Part shown: piece by piece, positions 1 to 9,447 of the stretch | How positions within the stretch are numbered: position 1 is the stretch's first letter | Layout of the letters: every line of letters begins with the position of its first letter | NCBI GenBank assembly: GCA_934176955.1 | Contig: CAKPOS010000003.1 | Location: 53,411 to 117,410 of the forward strand | DNA from: an uncultured Bacilli bacterium | GTDB taxonomy: Bacteria; Bacillota_I; Bacilli_A; RF39; UBA660 | Direction of reading: 5' to 3' | DNA: 64,000 bases | Translations under genes and position numbers: made by a program | Notes under the pieces: model-generated | The model's database searches: none | What the model saw: only the letters and a program-made list of their open reading frames with translations | What the model was told of the DNA's origin: nothing

Positions 1-1
1 A

Positions 2-244
2 GAAGGATTTGATCGTTTAGCGTATCTTTTTGAAGGCGTAGCACAAATCGAAAAAGAACATGAAGAAAGATATCGTAAATTATTAGAAAATATTGAAGGT
101 GGCTTAGTTTTCTCTAAAGATGGCGATAAGATTTGGAAATGTCGTAATTGTGGACATATCGTTATTGGGAAAGAAGCTCCAAAGGTTTGTCCAATCTGTG
201 CTCATCCTCAAAGTTATTTTGAAATTAAAGCAGAAAATTACTAA
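2..244 (+). CDS. rbr: rubrerythrin, C-terminal fragment (5' end lies outside the window)
   Basis: Frame-2 translation reads ...EKEHEERYRKLLENIEGG...WKCRNCGHIV...CPICAHPQSYFE*. This is a ferritin-like helix followed by a rubredoxin-type CxxC...CxxC. Stop codon at 242-244. Confidence 0.85.
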   Translation, partial: EGFDRLAYLFEGVAQIEKEHEERYRKLLENIEGGLVFSKDGDKIWKCRNCGHIVIGKEAPKVCPICAHPQSYFEIKAENY

Positions 245-249
245 GAATT

Positions 250-276
250 GTCATGAAATTATTTCATGGCTTTTTT
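250..276 (+). terminator. rho-independent terminator after rbr
   Basis: Stem gtcatgaaa / tttcatggc with a 3-nt loop, followed by tttttt at 271-276. Confidence 0.7.
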
Positions 277-785
277 CTTGATAAAATGTTGCTTTTTTAC
301 GCAAAGAAGTAAAAAAATGCGTAAAAAAGCAACAAATAGTGTAAAATTTTATTGATTGGATTAATATACTAGTATCTAGTATGTAACTCTCTTAGAACTA
401 TTCTTTTAAGGATAATATTTGCATATTGAAAGAAAAAATTGATATGTCAAAATTTAATTTTTTTATATTACTTGTTCATTATTTTTTTAAGATTTTAAAT
501 ATGTTTTTGGTATATTTATTCCATTTGTTTTGTATCCTATAGTTTTATTAATTTTTGTATTTTTCTCTTGAAATAAATTTTTGATTTATATGCAAAATAT
601 TTAGCACATTATGTGATATATGGTTTTTATAAATGAACTTCCTTTACTATTTTTGGTTTATAGTAATTTTAATACGAAGTTCTCTTTTTTTGTGCAGTCA
701 AAATAATTTTACACTATCAAAATTGATTTGACAAATGAAATTAAAATGATAAAATAAGTATATCGTTGTAGAAAGGGGAAGTAAT

Positions 786-1415
786 ATGAATATTGAGATA
801 GAAAAAATAATAAAATTGAAATCAGGAGATAGATTTTTTTTAAAAGCACTAATGGAATTAGGAATATCAACAATAGATGAGTTGATTTCTTTAGATACTA
901 CTGAATTATCAATTAAAGTAAAAGAAGAAATAGGAAATATGGATTTAGAAAAACTTGATCGTATTAAGAATATTTTAATTTTTCAAGTTCATCTTGCGGG
1001 ATATTATTTTGCTGATGAAGATTATTCTGTGGTGGGGATAAATGGATTAATTGCAGAAGAAAAAATTAAAGTTGAAGAGTTTACATCACAAGCTAAAAAA
1101 GAGCTAAAAAAAAGTAAATTTTCTACTTTTGGTGATTTGCTAAAATGTGATGCTGAAACATTATTAAGTTATTTTACACTAGAAACTATTTTTGAACTTT
1201 ATAATTATGTTCATCAATTTGGTGGTTTGTTTCTGGATGAGTATTTAAATCAAATATCTCCTGATTTGTTGACTCCTACTTCCAAAAAACTTGAAAAGTA
1301 TTTAAAGTTAACAATGAAACAAAGAAAGTTAGTAGAGAGAAAAAAACAAATTAAAATTCGTCGAAAAATTTTAACACGAGAATTAAAGAAAAAATCAAAA
1401 ATTGATAAAAGGTAA
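786..1415 (+). CDS. hypothetical protein with two helix-hairpin-helix-like segments and a basic C-terminal tail
   Basis: ORF with GGGGAAG RBS 5 nt upstream. The segments LMELGISTIDELISL and FSTFGDLLKCDAETLL resemble RpoA-CTD-type HhH. No family recognised. Confidence 0.5.
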   Translation: MNIEIEKIIKLKSGDRFFLKALMELGISTIDELISLDTTELSIKVKEEIGNMDLEKLDRIKNILIFQVHLAGYYFADEDYSVVGINGLIAEEKIKVEEFTSQAKKELKKSKFSTFGDLLKCDAETLLSYFTLETIFELYNYVHQFGGLFLDEYLNQISPDLLTPTSKKLEKYLKLTMKQRKLVERKKQIKIRRKILTRELKKKSKIDKR

Positions 1416-1510
1416 CTTAGTTATCTTTGTCAATTTTTTTTCTTTAAATATTAAACATAAATTGACATATTATTTACAAAAATCTTTCTATAATGAGTTT
1501 GGTGATATTA

Positions 1511-2305
1511 ATGAAGATATATGTTGATTTAGTTTTGTTATTAAATTTTGGATTTGATTTAATTTTATTATTTACCGTAGCAATTATTTTAAGAAGACAA
1601 ACCAATTTAAAAAAATTAATCTTAGGAGCTTTAGTAGGAAGTATTACTATTTTATCAATGTTTATTGAAATGAAAAGTTTAGAACTTTTTCTTGTTAAGA
1701 TACTGATTTCTATTTTTATGGTCATCATTACTTTTGGTTATCGAGATATTCATTATATGTTTAAAAATTTATTTTATTTATATACTTCATCTATATTACT
1801 AGGAGGATTTCTTTACTTTTTAAATTTGCAATTTAGTTACCATAATGAAGGATTAGTATTTTATTTTAATGGACTATCTGTCAATGTGATTGCGTTAATT
1901 ATTTTAAGCCCAGTCATTTTATATTGTTATGTAAAACAAGGTTTGCATTTAAAAAATCATTATCATCATTATTATCATGTCGATATTTATTTAAAAAGTA
2001 AGGAGGTGATAGAAGCAACAGCATTCTTAGATACAGGGAATCATTTAACTGACCCCTATAAAAAAAGACCAATTCTTTTAATCAATAAAAACTTAATGAC
2101 TATTGACTATGAAAAAGAATTAGCTCTTTTGGTTCCTTATGATGCCCTAAATTATCATGGACTTTTAAAATGTGTAATTCCCGATAAAATATTTATCCAA
2201 GGAGTAGGGTTTAGAAGTAATTTTTTAATTGGTATTTCTAATGAAGAAATTCATATAGATGGTGTTGATTGTATTATGGGAAGTGGTTTATTAGAAGGAG
2301 CTTAA
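1511..2305 (+). CDS. spoIIGA: sigma-E processing aspartic peptidase SpoIIGA
   Basis: MKIYVDLVLLLNFGFDLILLF... N-terminus, multi-TM N-half and FLDTGNHLTDP aspartyl-protease motif. It lies directly upstream of sigE. The start is moved to ATG 1511; the track gives 1493. Confidence 0.8.
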   Translation: MKIYVDLVLLLNFGFDLILLFTVAIILRRQTNLKKLILGALVGSITILSMFIEMKSLELFLVKILISIFMVIITFGYRDIHYMFKNLFYLYTSSILLGGFLYFLNLQFSYHNEGLVFYFNGLSVNVIALIILSPVILYCYVKQGLHLKNHYHHYYHVDIYLKSKEVIEATAFLDTGNHLTDPYKKRPILLINKNLMTIDYEKELALLVPYDALNYHGLLKCVIPDKIFIQGVGFRSNFLIGISNEEIHIDGVDCIMGSGLLEGA

Positions 2306-2306
2306 T

Positions 2307-2996
2307 ATGAAGAAAATTATTCAATTATTAAAAAAAATCTTAAAAAAATATAATCCTGTTTTTTATTTGGGTAGTAGTGATACTCTTCCTCCTCCGTTGA
2401 CAAAGGAAGAAGAAATTCATTATGTGGAATTAGCTCAACAAGGAGATCAGAAAGCAAGAAATAAATTAATTGAGCATAATTTGAGATTAGTTGTTTTTTT
2501 AGCTAAAAAATATGAAAATACGAAAGTAGATTTAGAAGATTTAGTTTCTATTGGTACGATTGGTTTAATTAAAGGAGTAAATACTTATCGATTAGATAAA
2601 AATATTAAACTAGCAACTTATGCATCACGCTGCATTGATAATGAAATTTTGATGTATTTAAGGAAAACAAAGAGAAAGAGAACCGAGGTAAGTTTTGAAG
2701 ATAGCCTTAGTTTTGACGCTGATGGAAATGAATTACATTTAGAAGATGTTTTAGGAACAGAGAAAGATATTGTTACAAAAGGATTAGAAGAGGAATTAGA
2801 CCGACATCTTTTATATCAAGAAGTTTCTAAGTTAGAAGGAAGGGATAAAGAAATTATTGAATACCGCTATGGATTAAACGGAAAAAAAGAACTTACCCAA
2901 AAGGAAGTTGCTAACTTATTAGGAATTAGTCAATCTTATATTTCTAGAATAGAAAAAAAAGTAATTAAGAAATTAAGTTCTATGATAAAAATATAA
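2307..2996 (+). CDS. sigE: sporulation sigma factor SigE (pro-sigma-E)
   Basis: Shows YLGSSDTLPPPLTKEEE, LIEHNLRLVVFLAKKY, IGTIGLIKGVNTY and a C-terminal HTH (LLGISQSYISRIEKK). Synteny with spoIIGA supports the call. Confidence 0.85.
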   Translation: MKKIIQLLKKILKKYNPVFYLGSSDTLPPPLTKEEEIHYVELAQQGDQKARNKLIEHNLRLVVFLAKKYENTKVDLEDLVSIGTIGLIKGVNTYRLDKNIKLATYASRCIDNEILMYLRKTKRKRTEVSFEDSLSFDADGNELHLEDVLGTEKDIVTKGLEEELDRHLLYQEVSKLEGRDKEIIEYRYGLNGKKELTQKEVANLLGISQSYISRIEKKVIKKLSSMIKI

Positions 2997-3248
2997 TAGA
3001 AAAAATACACCTACAAGACGCTAGGAAGGAGTCAAGTAAAGGTGTATTTTTTCAAATTCCTATGATATCCTAGGAAGAGATTAAAAAATCCCTAGAGAAA
3101 TTTCTTTCTCTAATACTATTGTAACACATATTTTGAAAAAGTATGTAACCAAATAGACTACATTGACACAATTTTTTTCTATAAAATTCCATTCTGTTAC
3201 TGATATGATAATTTTTAGAAAAAGTCAAAGAAAATATTCTTCTATAAC

Positions 3249-3277
3249 TTGATAATTCTAAGTCTTTTTGATACAAT
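3249..3277 (+). promoter_or_regulatory. sigma-A-type promoter candidate for lon
   Basis: TTGATA, 17-nt spacer, TACAAT, located about 25 nt upstream of the lon start. Confidence 0.4.
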
Positions 3278-3302
3278 AATGAGCTAGAAAGAAGGAAGTA
3301 AT

Positions 3303-5639
3303 ATGGTTCAAACAAATTTACCCGTTTTGTTATTAAAAGATACTGTTTTATTTCCTTATAACGAAATTCGACTAGAATTTAGTACAAGCAAAGAAAAATT
3401 AGTATTAGAAACTGCTTATCAGTATTATGATCAACAGATATTATTATTAAATTTGAATGATCCCTTAGAGGAAAATCCCAACCTTGATGATTTGCCGACA
3501 ATTGGTGTAGTAGGAAAAATTAAATCCAAATTATCTTTATCGAATGGAAATGAAAGAGTAGTGATTTCTGGATTAGAAAGAGTACAAGTAGTAAATTATT
3601 TAGAAAACGATTATGGTTATTTAGATTCTTTTGTCATTTCTATTCCAAGAGAAGAGATTGATGAAAAAGAAAATATTGCTTTAAGAAGAATTTTATTTAG
3701 GGATTTAAATACTTATATTGACTCTTCTTCTTTAATGAGTAATAGTGTAATAGGAAAAATTTCTGGAGTAAATGATATTGGAAAACTATCAGATATCATT
3801 TGTGCAGAACTACCTATTTCTTATGCTAAAAAAATAAAATACTTAAGACAAGTAAACCAAGTTAATAGAGTGAAACTTTTATTAGAAGATTTAAAAAGTG
3901 AAATTGAAACCATTCAATTAGAAAATGAAATTGAAACTTCTTTAAAAGATAAAATAGATACTTCTCAAAGAAATTATTTACTTCATGAAAAAATCCGAAT
4001 AATGAAAGAAGAATTAGGAGAGTTCACAATAAAAGATACAGAAGCAAATCAATTACGACAAAGAATTAAAGAGAAGAAATTACCTAATCGGGTAAGAGTC
4101 AGATTAGAAGAAGAATTAAAAAGATATACTTTGTCTTCAGAAGCTTCTCCTGAAGTAACAATAATTAGAACTTATATTGATTGGTTGTTAAATTTACCAT
4201 GGTATGAAGGAACGAGAGCAAGATATCAATTAGATAAAGTAAAAGAAGTTTTAAATGAAAGCCATTATGGATTAGATGCTGCTAAAAAAAGAATTATTGA
4301 ATTTGTCTCTGTAGTAGAAAAATTGAAAAAAACAGAGAGTACAATTATTTGTTTAGTTGGTCCCCCTGGAGTAGGAAAGACAACTTTAGCGCATAGCATT
4401 GCTAATGCCTTGGACAAAAAATTTGTAAAAATTAGTGTTGGTGGAATTTCCGATGAAGCAGAAATTGTTGGACACCGAAGAACTTATTTAGGAGCAAGTC
4501 CTGGAAAAATTATTCAAGGGATGAAAAAAGCTGGTGTTAATAATCCTGTGTTTTTGATAGATGAAGTTGATAAACTAGGTAAAGATTATCATGGAGATCC
4601 TGCTTCTAGTCTTCTAGAAGTTCTAGATAAAGAGCAAAATCAACATTTTTGTGATAATTATATTGAAGAAGAATTTGATTTATCGAAAGTTTTATTTATT
4701 TTAACAGCAAATGATATTTCTAAAATTCCTAATGCACTAAAGGATAGGTTAGAAATCATTGAGATATCTAGTTATACAAATTATGATAAAAAAGAAATTG
4801 CAAAAAAACATTTAATTCCTAAATTACTAAAAGAGTATCGAATTAAAGATAATAATATTACTATTGATGATAATGCAATTACTAAAATTATTGAAGATTA
4901 TACCAAAGAAGCAGGAGCTAGAGAATTAAAACGAAAGATTGAAGAAATTTGTCGAGTAATTGTAACAGAAGATATTCATGATATTGTCATTACCAATGAA
5001 AATCTTGATACTTATCTAGGTACTTCGAAGTATTTTCATTCTAAAAATGAAAAATTTGCAGAAAGTGGAACGATTAATGCATTAGCTTATACCATTTATG
5101 GAGGAGAAATTTTAAAAATATCTGCTACTTCTTATAAGGGAGAAGGAAAATTAAAAGTAACCGGGAATATTGGTAAAGTAATGAAGGAAAGTGTTGAAGT
5201 AGCACTTAGCTTTGTTCGAAGTAATGCAGATAAATTTGGAATAGATGATTTATTATTTCAGTTTCGAGATTTTCATGTTCACATTGAAGAAGGTTCAACG
5301 CCAAAAGATGGCCCAAGTGCTGGTGTTGCCATTGCTACTTCGTTAATCAGTTTGTTAAAGAATAAAATTATTCCTCATGATATTAGTATGACAGGGGAAA
5401 TTACTTTAAGAGGTTCAATTCTTGCTATAGGGGGATTAAAAGAAAAATTAATTGCCGCTATGGACAATGGAATAAAAAGAGTATTCATCCCCATTATGAA
5501 TAAACATGATTTAGAAGATGTACCAGATGAGGTAAAGAAAAGTTTAGATTTAGTTTTTGTGAAAAATTATTTTGATATTTATTATTATTTATTTAATATG
5601 GAAGGAAATCCAATCATAGAAGAGGAGCAAAAAGATTAA
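3303..5639 (+). CDS. lon: ATP-dependent Lon protease (LonA type)
   Basis: 778 aa with a Lon N-domain, Walker A GPPGVGKTT and protease motif PKDGPSAG. Confidence 0.95.
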   Translation: MVQTNLPVLLLKDTVLFPYNEIRLEFSTSKEKLVLETAYQYYDQQILLLNLNDPLEENPNLDDLPTIGVVGKIKSKLSLSNGNERVVISGLERVQVVNYLENDYGYLDSFVISIPREEIDEKENIALRRILFRDLNTYIDSSSLMSNSVIGKISGVNDIGKLSDIICAELPISYAKKIKYLRQVNQVNRVKLLLEDLKSEIETIQLENEIETSLKDKIDTSQRNYLLHEKIRIMKEELGEFTIKDTEANQLRQRIKEKKLPNRVRVRLEEELKRYTLSSEASPEVTIIRTYIDWLLNLPWYEGTRARYQLDKVKEVLNESHYGLDAAKKRIIEFVSVVEKLKKTESTIICLVGPPGVGKTTLAHSIANALDKKFVKISVGGISDEAEIVGHRRTYLGASPGKIIQGMKKAGVNNPVFLIDEVDKLGKDYHGDPASSLLEVLDKEQNQHFCDNYIEEEFDLSKVLFILTANDISKIPNALKDRLEIIEISSYTNYDKKEIAKKHLIPKLLKEYRIKDNNITIDDNAITKIIEDYTKEAGARELKRKIEEICRVIVTEDIHDIVITNENLDTYLGTSKYFHSKNEKFAESGTINALAYTIYGGEILKISATSYKGEGKLKVTGNIGKVMKESVEVALSFVRSNADKFGIDDLLFQFRDFHVHIEEGSTPKDGPSAGVAIATSLISLLKNKIIPHDISMTGEITLRGSILAIGGLKEKLIAAMDNGIKRVFIPIMNKHDLEDVPDEVKKSLDLVFVKNYFDIYYYLFNMEGNPIIEEEQKD

Positions 5640-5730
5640 TTTTATCTTTAAAGCTTCTTTTTTTGAAATTTTCTCTTGAAGTATTTTCCTTTTTTGAAAA
5701 TTATTATATAATTAGAAAAGAAAAGAGGCT

Positions 5731-6000
5731 ATGAAAATGGAGATTCAAAAGAGAGTAAGTGATATTTCAAAAGTTGTTGATAGTCAGTGGCAAGCCAATC
5801 ACAATTATCATCAAATTAAACAAGCTAATGAACAAAGACAACAACATTTTAATAAAATGTTTAACATTAAAGATAAAAAAGAAAGGGATAAAGAAATATT
5901 AGAAGCAAATAGTATTGAAGGAAGATTAAAGAGACTAGAAGGAAATATGCAAGCTTCTAAAGGAAATGAACTATTTAGAAATAGAAATAACTTTAGGTGA
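5731..6000 (+). CDS. hypothetical small charged protein
   Basis: ORF only. An AAAGAGG RBS sits near ATG 5731/5737. Confidence 0.4.
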   Translation: MKMEIQKRVSDISKVVDSQWQANHNYHQIKQANEQRQQHFNKMFNIKDKKERDKEILEANSIEGRLKRLEGNMQASKGNELFRNRNNFR

Positions 6001-6003
6001 AAT

Positions 6004-6645
6004 ATGGAAGATTTATATTGCTATGAAAGAGAATTAATTCAAAAAGGAATCAAAGTCATTGCCGGTGTTGATGAAGTAGGAAGAGGCCCTTTAGTAGGAA
6101 ATGTTGTTGCTGCTTGTGTAGTTTTGCCATTAAATTATCAATTAGAAGGATTAACGGATTCTAAAAAACTTTCTGCTAAAAAAAGAGAACAATTTTATGA
6201 TATCTTAATGAAAGATGCTTTAGCTATTGGTATAGGAGAAATTTCTCCAAAAGTAATCGATGAAGTGAATATTTATCAAGCAACAAAATTAGCAATGAAA
6301 GAAGCTATCGAAAAGGCTAATGAAAAACTAAAACTGGAATATATTTTAATTGATGCTATGCCGTTAGATTTAGAAATTCCAACAACATCAATAATTAAGG
6401 GAGATAGTAAAAGTTTATCTATAGCAGCTGCTTCTGTAATTGCAAAAGTAACAAGGGATAGAGAACTTTGTGAATTGGATAAAAAATATCCAATGTATGA
6501 TTTTGCAAATAACAAAGGGTATGGAACGAAGAAACATTTGGAAGCAATTTCAACGTATGGAATCTGTAAATATCATCGCTTAAGTTATGCTCCTGTTTTA
6601 AAATATAAAGATAAAATTAATGAAATTGATAAAAACCATCTCTAG
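6004..6645 (+). CDS. rnhB: ribonuclease HII
   Basis: [15 protein letters not shown] catalytic motif, DSKKLS and [11 protein letters not shown]. Confidence 0.9.
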   Translation: MEDLYCYERELIQKGIKVIAGVDEVGRGPLVGNVVAACVVLPLNYQLEGLTDSKKLSAKKREQFYDILMKDALAIGIGEISPKVIDEVNIYQATKLAMKEAIEKANEKLKLEYILIDAMPLDLEIPTTSIIKGDSKSLSIAAASVIAKVTRDRELCELDKKYPMYDFANNKGYGTKKHLEAISTYGICKYHRLSYAPVLKYKDKINEIDKNHL

Positions 6646-6849
6646 TTGAGGTGGCTTTTGGTTCTTCGAAATTCGATGGACCTAACAAAAAATATTCATT
6701 ATATTTACTTAATGTGAATTTGAATTTTTTAAAGAATGATTTAGTTTTTTTAAATTTTAAGAAATAAAATAGGAGAAAATCACGCAATTTAGATGTGATT
6801 TTTTAGACCCACCTAATTTTGAAGAACATGGCTTTTTTATATTTGTAAG

Positions 6850-6877
6850 AAAAAAATTCGTATCATAGAAATACGAA
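6850..6877 (-). terminator. terminator after def
   Basis: Hairpin ttcgtat/atacgaa at 6857-6877, followed on the minus strand by a 7-nt U-run (6850-6856). Confidence 0.55.
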
Positions 6878-6878
6878 C

Positions 6879-7427
6879 TTAGATTTCTCTCATTTCTTCG
6901 GCATTTTTAAAAGGATCTTTAGGATCGATATGGTCATAAAATAAAATTCCATGTAAATGATCCATTTCATGTTGAAAGGCTATCGCTAGTTCTTCTCTAG
7001 CACGATACTTAATTTTATTTCCCTCTACATCGTAGCCAGTAAAAGTAACCCTAGCGTATCTAGGAACAATTCCTTCAACATCACGATTCACGCTTAAACA
7101 TCCTTCTCCTCCAGAAGAATAAATTAATTCTTCAGAGTGAGAGATTAATTTAGGATTAATTAAAACATAATTTTTAAAAACATTTTCTTTTTCTTCATGA
7201 CAAACAACAAAAAAATTTTTATTTAATCCGACTTGAGGAGCAGCAAGCCCCATACCGGGTCTTAAATGATATTTTTCTGCTTTTTCTTCTATTTGAGAAA
7301 AGTGTAAGTGTTCTAGCATATCATGAATTAATTTTTTATCTTTATCACTTAAAGGAAATTCCATATCTGTATTTTTAGCACGAATTCTTTTGTCTTTTTC
7401 ATCTAATATATCACTTGTTAAAAGCAT
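6879..7427 (-). CDS. def: peptide deformylase
   Basis: GLAAPQVG, EGCLS and HEMDH motifs. Confidence 0.9.
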   Translation of the reverse strand: MLLTSDILDEKDKRIRAKNTDMEFPLSDKDKKLIHDMLEHLHFSQIEEKAEKYHLRPGMGLAAPQVGLNKNFFVVCHEEKENVFKNYVLINPKLISHSEELIYSSGGEGCLSVNRDVEGIVPRYARVTFTGYDVEGNKIKYRAREELAIAFQHEMDHLHGILFYDHIDPKDPFKNAEEMREI

Positions 7428-7499
7428 AAAATCACTTCCTTGTGAATATATATTATCACAAATTGAAAAAAAAAGAAAGGATTTCTTCCTTCCTTATTG

Positions 7500-7679
7500 C
7501 TAGACAGTAACTCTAGCACCAATAATAATAACCAGTAAAATAAATAAGACTAGGATAATTGCAGCACTATAACCAGTTCCTCCACCATAGCCGTATCCAC
7601 CATAAACGGGATAGCTTCCTGTATTATTGCAACCGCAAGAATTGTTATATCCACTACTATATCCACCGTAGTAATACAT
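7500..7679 (-). CDS. YjcZ-like tiny Gly/Tyr-rich transmembrane (sporulation) protein. It is absent from the ORF track because it is 59 aa.
   Basis: My translation: MYYYGGYSSGYNNSCGCNNTGSYPVYGGYGYGGGTGYSAAIILVLFILLVIIIGARVTV*. GGAGG RBS lies 7 nt upstream. A hairpin plus T-run follows on the minus strand at about 7466-7497. Confidence 0.65.
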   Translation of the reverse strand: MYYYGGYSSGYNNSCGCNNTGSYPVYGGYGYGGGTGYSAAIILVLFILLVIIIGARVTV

Positions 7680-7751
7680 AATTTTACCTCCTTTACATAT
7701 CTAATATAGTTTACGCGCTAAAAGAATATATGACATTATTTTTAAATCATA

Positions 7752-7780
7752 TTTACAATTAAATTCTTTTTTGTTATAAT
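7752..7780 (+). promoter_or_regulatory. sigma-A-type promoter candidate for uppP
   Basis: TTTACA, 17-nt spacer, TATAAT. Confidence 0.45.
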
Positions 7781-7807
7781 GACTAAAGAAAAGAGAGGGA
7801 TTCATTC

Positions 7808-8611
7808 ATGAATATTATTAGGTGCATTGTTTTAGGAATTGTTCAAGGAATAGGAGAATTTTTACCCATTTCTTCTTCAGCACATTTAATTTTAGTTCCT
7901 TATTTATTAGGTTGGAAAGAGTCTTCAATGGCTTTTGATATTGCCCTACACTTTGGAACTTTAATGGCTGTTTTAGTAATTTATTTTAAAGATTGGTGGA
8001 ATTTATTCATTGGAGCTTGTAAAAATCTCTTTAAAAAGGAAGATACAACAGAAGGAAAAATGTTTTGGTATTTAGTAGTAGCAACAATACCAGCTGCTTT
8101 AGTAGGACTCCTATTAGATGATGTTATTGAAGGATTCTTTCGTAATCAGATATGGGCAATTGCTTTATTATTAGCACTAATGGGAGTATTTATTTATGCT
8201 GGAGATAAATGGGCTAGTAAACATTATCGAAAAAAAGAAGTACCTTTTGAAAAAATAACTTTAAAGCAGGCGTTTTTAGTAGGATGTTCTCAAGCATTTG
8301 CTGTTTTTCCAGGATTTTCTAGAAGTGGTACCACAATATTAGCAGGAAGATTAATGGGACTTAGCAAAGAGGCAATTACTAAATTTACTTTTTTAATGTC
8401 TGTTCCTATTATTGCAGGGGCTACAGTACTAAAAATAGGAGAATTGCAAATGACTAGTGAAGTGATTGCTGGAATTGTAACTTCTTTTGTAGTAGGAGTA
8501 ATAAGTATCAAGTTCTTACTTCGTTATATTAAGAAACATGATTTTTCTATCTTTGCTTTTTATAGAGTTATCATTGCAATATTAGTATATATTAAATTAA
8601 TTTGGTTTTAA
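7808..8611 (+). CDS. uppP: undecaprenyl-diphosphate phosphatase
   Basis: GEFLPISSSAHL and PGFSRSG motifs, with about 8 TM helices. Confidence 0.9.
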   Translation: MNIIRCIVLGIVQGIGEFLPISSSAHLILVPYLLGWKESSMAFDIALHFGTLMAVLVIYFKDWWNLFIGACKNLFKKEDTTEGKMFWYLVVATIPAALVGLLLDDVIEGFFRNQIWAIALLLALMGVFIYAGDKWASKHYRKKEVPFEKITLKQAFLVGCSQAFAVFPGFSRSGTTILAGRLMGLSKEAITKFTFLMSVPIIAGATVLKIGELQMTSEVIAGIVTSFVVGVISIKFLLRYIKKHDFSIFAFYRVIIAILVYIKLIWF

Positions 8612-8623
8612 TAACCAATTCTT

Positions 8624-8697
8624 GCCGTAATAGTATAATGGTATTACGAGGCCATGGTAAGGCTTTAACGTAGGTCCGATTCCTACTTACGGCACCA
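8624..8697 (+). tRNA. tRNA-Thr (anticodon GGT), CCA encoded
   Basis: Hand-folded cloverleaf. Acceptor GCCGTAA/TTACGGC, anticodon arm AGGCC-ATGGTAA-GGCTT, T arm GTAGG-TCCGATT-CCTAC, then A-CCA. The T-loop has C where the near-universal U55 is expected. Confidence 0.8.
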
Positions 8698-8807
8698 TTA
8701 TTTTTTTATGAACCAAAAATACTTATTTAGATAATTCTTTATTTAAGAGAATGAAACTAGTTAAGTATTTTAATTGTATATAAGAAGTGTTAGGGAAGAG
8801 GGATAGA

Positions 8808-9383
8808 ATGGCTTATGCAAAATATGAATTAAATGGCAAAAGTTTATTAAATTTAAATCATATTGGGATGGTAGATTATGATGAATATTATTTAATGAGG
8901 AGTAAAAGTATTGAAAGAAGAAATAATATTGCTGATAAATATATTTCTATACAAAATACTCATTTGCTTCAAAATGAACCAGGTATTAATTATTCAGTAT
9001 TATATAAACGTTTTTTAGAAGAATTGAAAAGTACAAATCTTGAATTGTATAATCAAAAATTAATGTTCTATAATGAATTTAAGAGTGAATTAAATGCAGA
9101 AGAAAAAATGTTCGATGAAGAAAAAAGACAGCTATTAATAAAAGGATATCCATTTGATAAAAGTTTAAAAAAATATGGCTATTATATTGTTAAAATTGAT
9201 GATGATTATTATCAATACAAATGGGTTACGGAAAAAACTAAAGTAGATATGGGGGATAGATTCCTTCCTCAAAATGCTATTATTAGTGGTTATCGATTTG
9301 TTCCTCTAACGATTGAAGAACTACAAGAAATAAAATTAAATATTACAAATTCAGGTACAAATGGTTTAAAGCGTTTTAGATAG
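8808..9383 (+). CDS. hypothetical protein
   Basis: ORF with a purine-rich RBS (GGGAAGAGGGA) before ATG 8808; the track start is 8787. No recognisable motif. Confidence 0.5.
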   Translation: MAYAKYELNGKSLLNLNHIGMVDYDEYYLMRSKSIERRNNIADKYISIQNTHLLQNEPGINYSVLYKRFLEELKSTNLELYNQKLMFYNEFKSELNAEEKMFDEEKRQLLIKGYPFDKSLKKYGYYIVKIDDDYYQYKWVTEKTKVDMGDRFLPQNAIISGYRFVPLTIEELQEIKLNITNSGTNGLKRFR

Positions 9384-9447
9384 AAAAATAGTTTAAATGT
9401 TTTATTATAATTCATCAAAAGTATATGGATATTTTAGGAGAAAAAAA

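Noticed and set aside
1474-1728. Minus-strand 84-aa ORF overlapping the start of spoIIGA
   Set aside because: It is antisense to a confidently identified gene and has no RBS.
3070-3315. Minus-strand 81-aa ORF in the sigE-lon intergenic region
   Set aside because: It would run through the lon promoter and start codon. It has no RBS and no recognisable sequence. The region is better explained as the lon 5' regulatory region.
6646-6840. Long-range complementarity gttcttcgaaatt (6661) versus aattttgaagaac (6816), and aggtgg versus ccacct, in the rnhB-def gap
   Set aside because: The two complementary pairs are not nested, so they cannot form one hairpin, and the match is 12/13 in AT-rich DNA. 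Ordinary local terminator hairpins explain the region.
8698-8790. Integrase or att site next to tRNA-Thr
   Set aside because: No recombinase ORF exists in the segment, and the 18-nt direct repeat does not overlap the tRNA 3' end. The island idea is therefore kept only as a low-confidence finding.
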